DNA from: Paecilomyces variotii
Taxonomy: Eukaryota
Length of the DNA: 64,000 nt
Strand: one strand, 5' to 3'
Assembly: GCA_004022145.1 (NCBI GenBank)
Contig: RCNU01000004.1
The position numbers were made by a program, and so were the translations under genes. Position 1 is the stretch's first letter; every line of letters begins with the position of its first letter. The notes beneath the pieces were generated by a model that saw only the letters and a list, made by a program, of their open reading frames with translations, was not told the origin of the DNA and did not search any database. Shown here piece by piece: positions 62,964 through 64,000 of this stretch.

Positions 62964-64000
62964 TATTCTGGCATGGCTTGCGACTCCAAACGGTTCTGTC
63001 AACCTTTACTTCGGTCGGGGACCGTCCCGTAATAAGGCACGAAGTCAATTCACCCTTGAGCCAGGGGAATGAGGGGATAGATCTAAGTTCGCCAGGGATC
63101 AAGAACCTGATAGGGTCGCGTGCTTGACAGTTAGTTATGCAGCGAAACCAGCACGGAATGGTCGCCGACGGAATCAAAGCCCGGCACGAGCTAGGTCGAT
63201 AGCTCTGTGGACGCGAAATCCCAGAGTCAAAGAATGCCGGGATTGGAACTGTCTCATTCCAGAGAATTGCGACTGGGAAGATGGAGCAAGTGAGATCTGG
63301 ACTATCTACTGCTGGAGGGACGGCATTGATCAGCGTCGGGGAAGTGGATGTCTCAAGTGGGCTCTTGAAAGGGGGTCGCAACTTGCTTGATTGTGTCCCA
63401 CAGAGTTGGTAGAAGCCAGAAACAGCCAACCGAAATAATGATCCGAGCGGTGTTCAGTTGGTTTGGACGCACTGACGGGCGGCCATGGGTCTGTGGTGGT
63501 TGAGAGGATAATAGTACCAATGGCGATCAGATTCTTTTATTCGAGCTGTCTTTTTTTTTTTCTTTTCTTTTCGTCTTCCCGTCCTTGTCGTCGTCGCAGA
63601 AAACGTCCAAACGGCGTCCTTGCGTACGCTCAGTCACGGCAGCTAAATCCACTTGGAGGCGACTAAATCTTTAGGCCAATGGACCTATCTTGCTTCTTTA
63701 AAGCTTCAATTCCTGGTGGGGCAGCTCCTTGGGTCAGATCTCATTCTCCAGCAATACAGGGTCAGACTCAGACCCCTTGGGAGTCCCTGGGGAGCTAACT
63801 ATCTCAATGGTGCTTCCACGTCTGCGGAACCAACTGCGATCGCGCGTGGCAAAGGCGATGAGAGATCAAATATAGCCGAATCCAAAGCTTAAGTCGGTTT
63901 ATGAAGCAGCCTGTCCCACCAAGACTAAGGGAAGCTATCTACATCAGAGATGCAAGGAGCAGCCTGCTGGTTCGACCACAGCCAGTTCACTATGTAACCA

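Overview
Intron-containing genomic DNA from a filamentous ascomycete, probably Eurotiales (Aspergillus/Paecilomyces-like; inferred from gene structure and protein similarity). Core-type genes are CCT4 (5' part, missed by the ORF track because of micro-exons), RPT1, SDH1, an Msb1-like gene, rlmA, a DHA2 MFS, a proline-rich conserved protein and a TBC Rab-GAP. They alternate with accessory stretches. Highlights: (1) a possible synthase-free lipid-metabolite cluster at 42.7-58.9 kb, made of two divergent pairs (MFS exporter / THEM6-like hotdog thioesterase, and an ELO elongase paralogue / intronless P450); (2) a pad1 (UbiX) pseudogene whose central 156 bp are inverted in place; (3) a 280-bp RIP-mutated tandem duplication that turned the apparent start codon of a PD-(D/E)xK-like gene into ATA, while an upstream ATG opens a hydrophobic extension; (4) a 1077-bp RIP-mutated tandem duplication, each unit carrying a ~590-bp fold-back/MITE-like element; (5) candidate regulatory sites: GGAGCT in the CCT4/RPT1 bidirectional promoter, and a MEF2 box among CCAAT boxes upstream of rlmA. 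All assignments come from manual reading and recall of protein families; no database searches were run.
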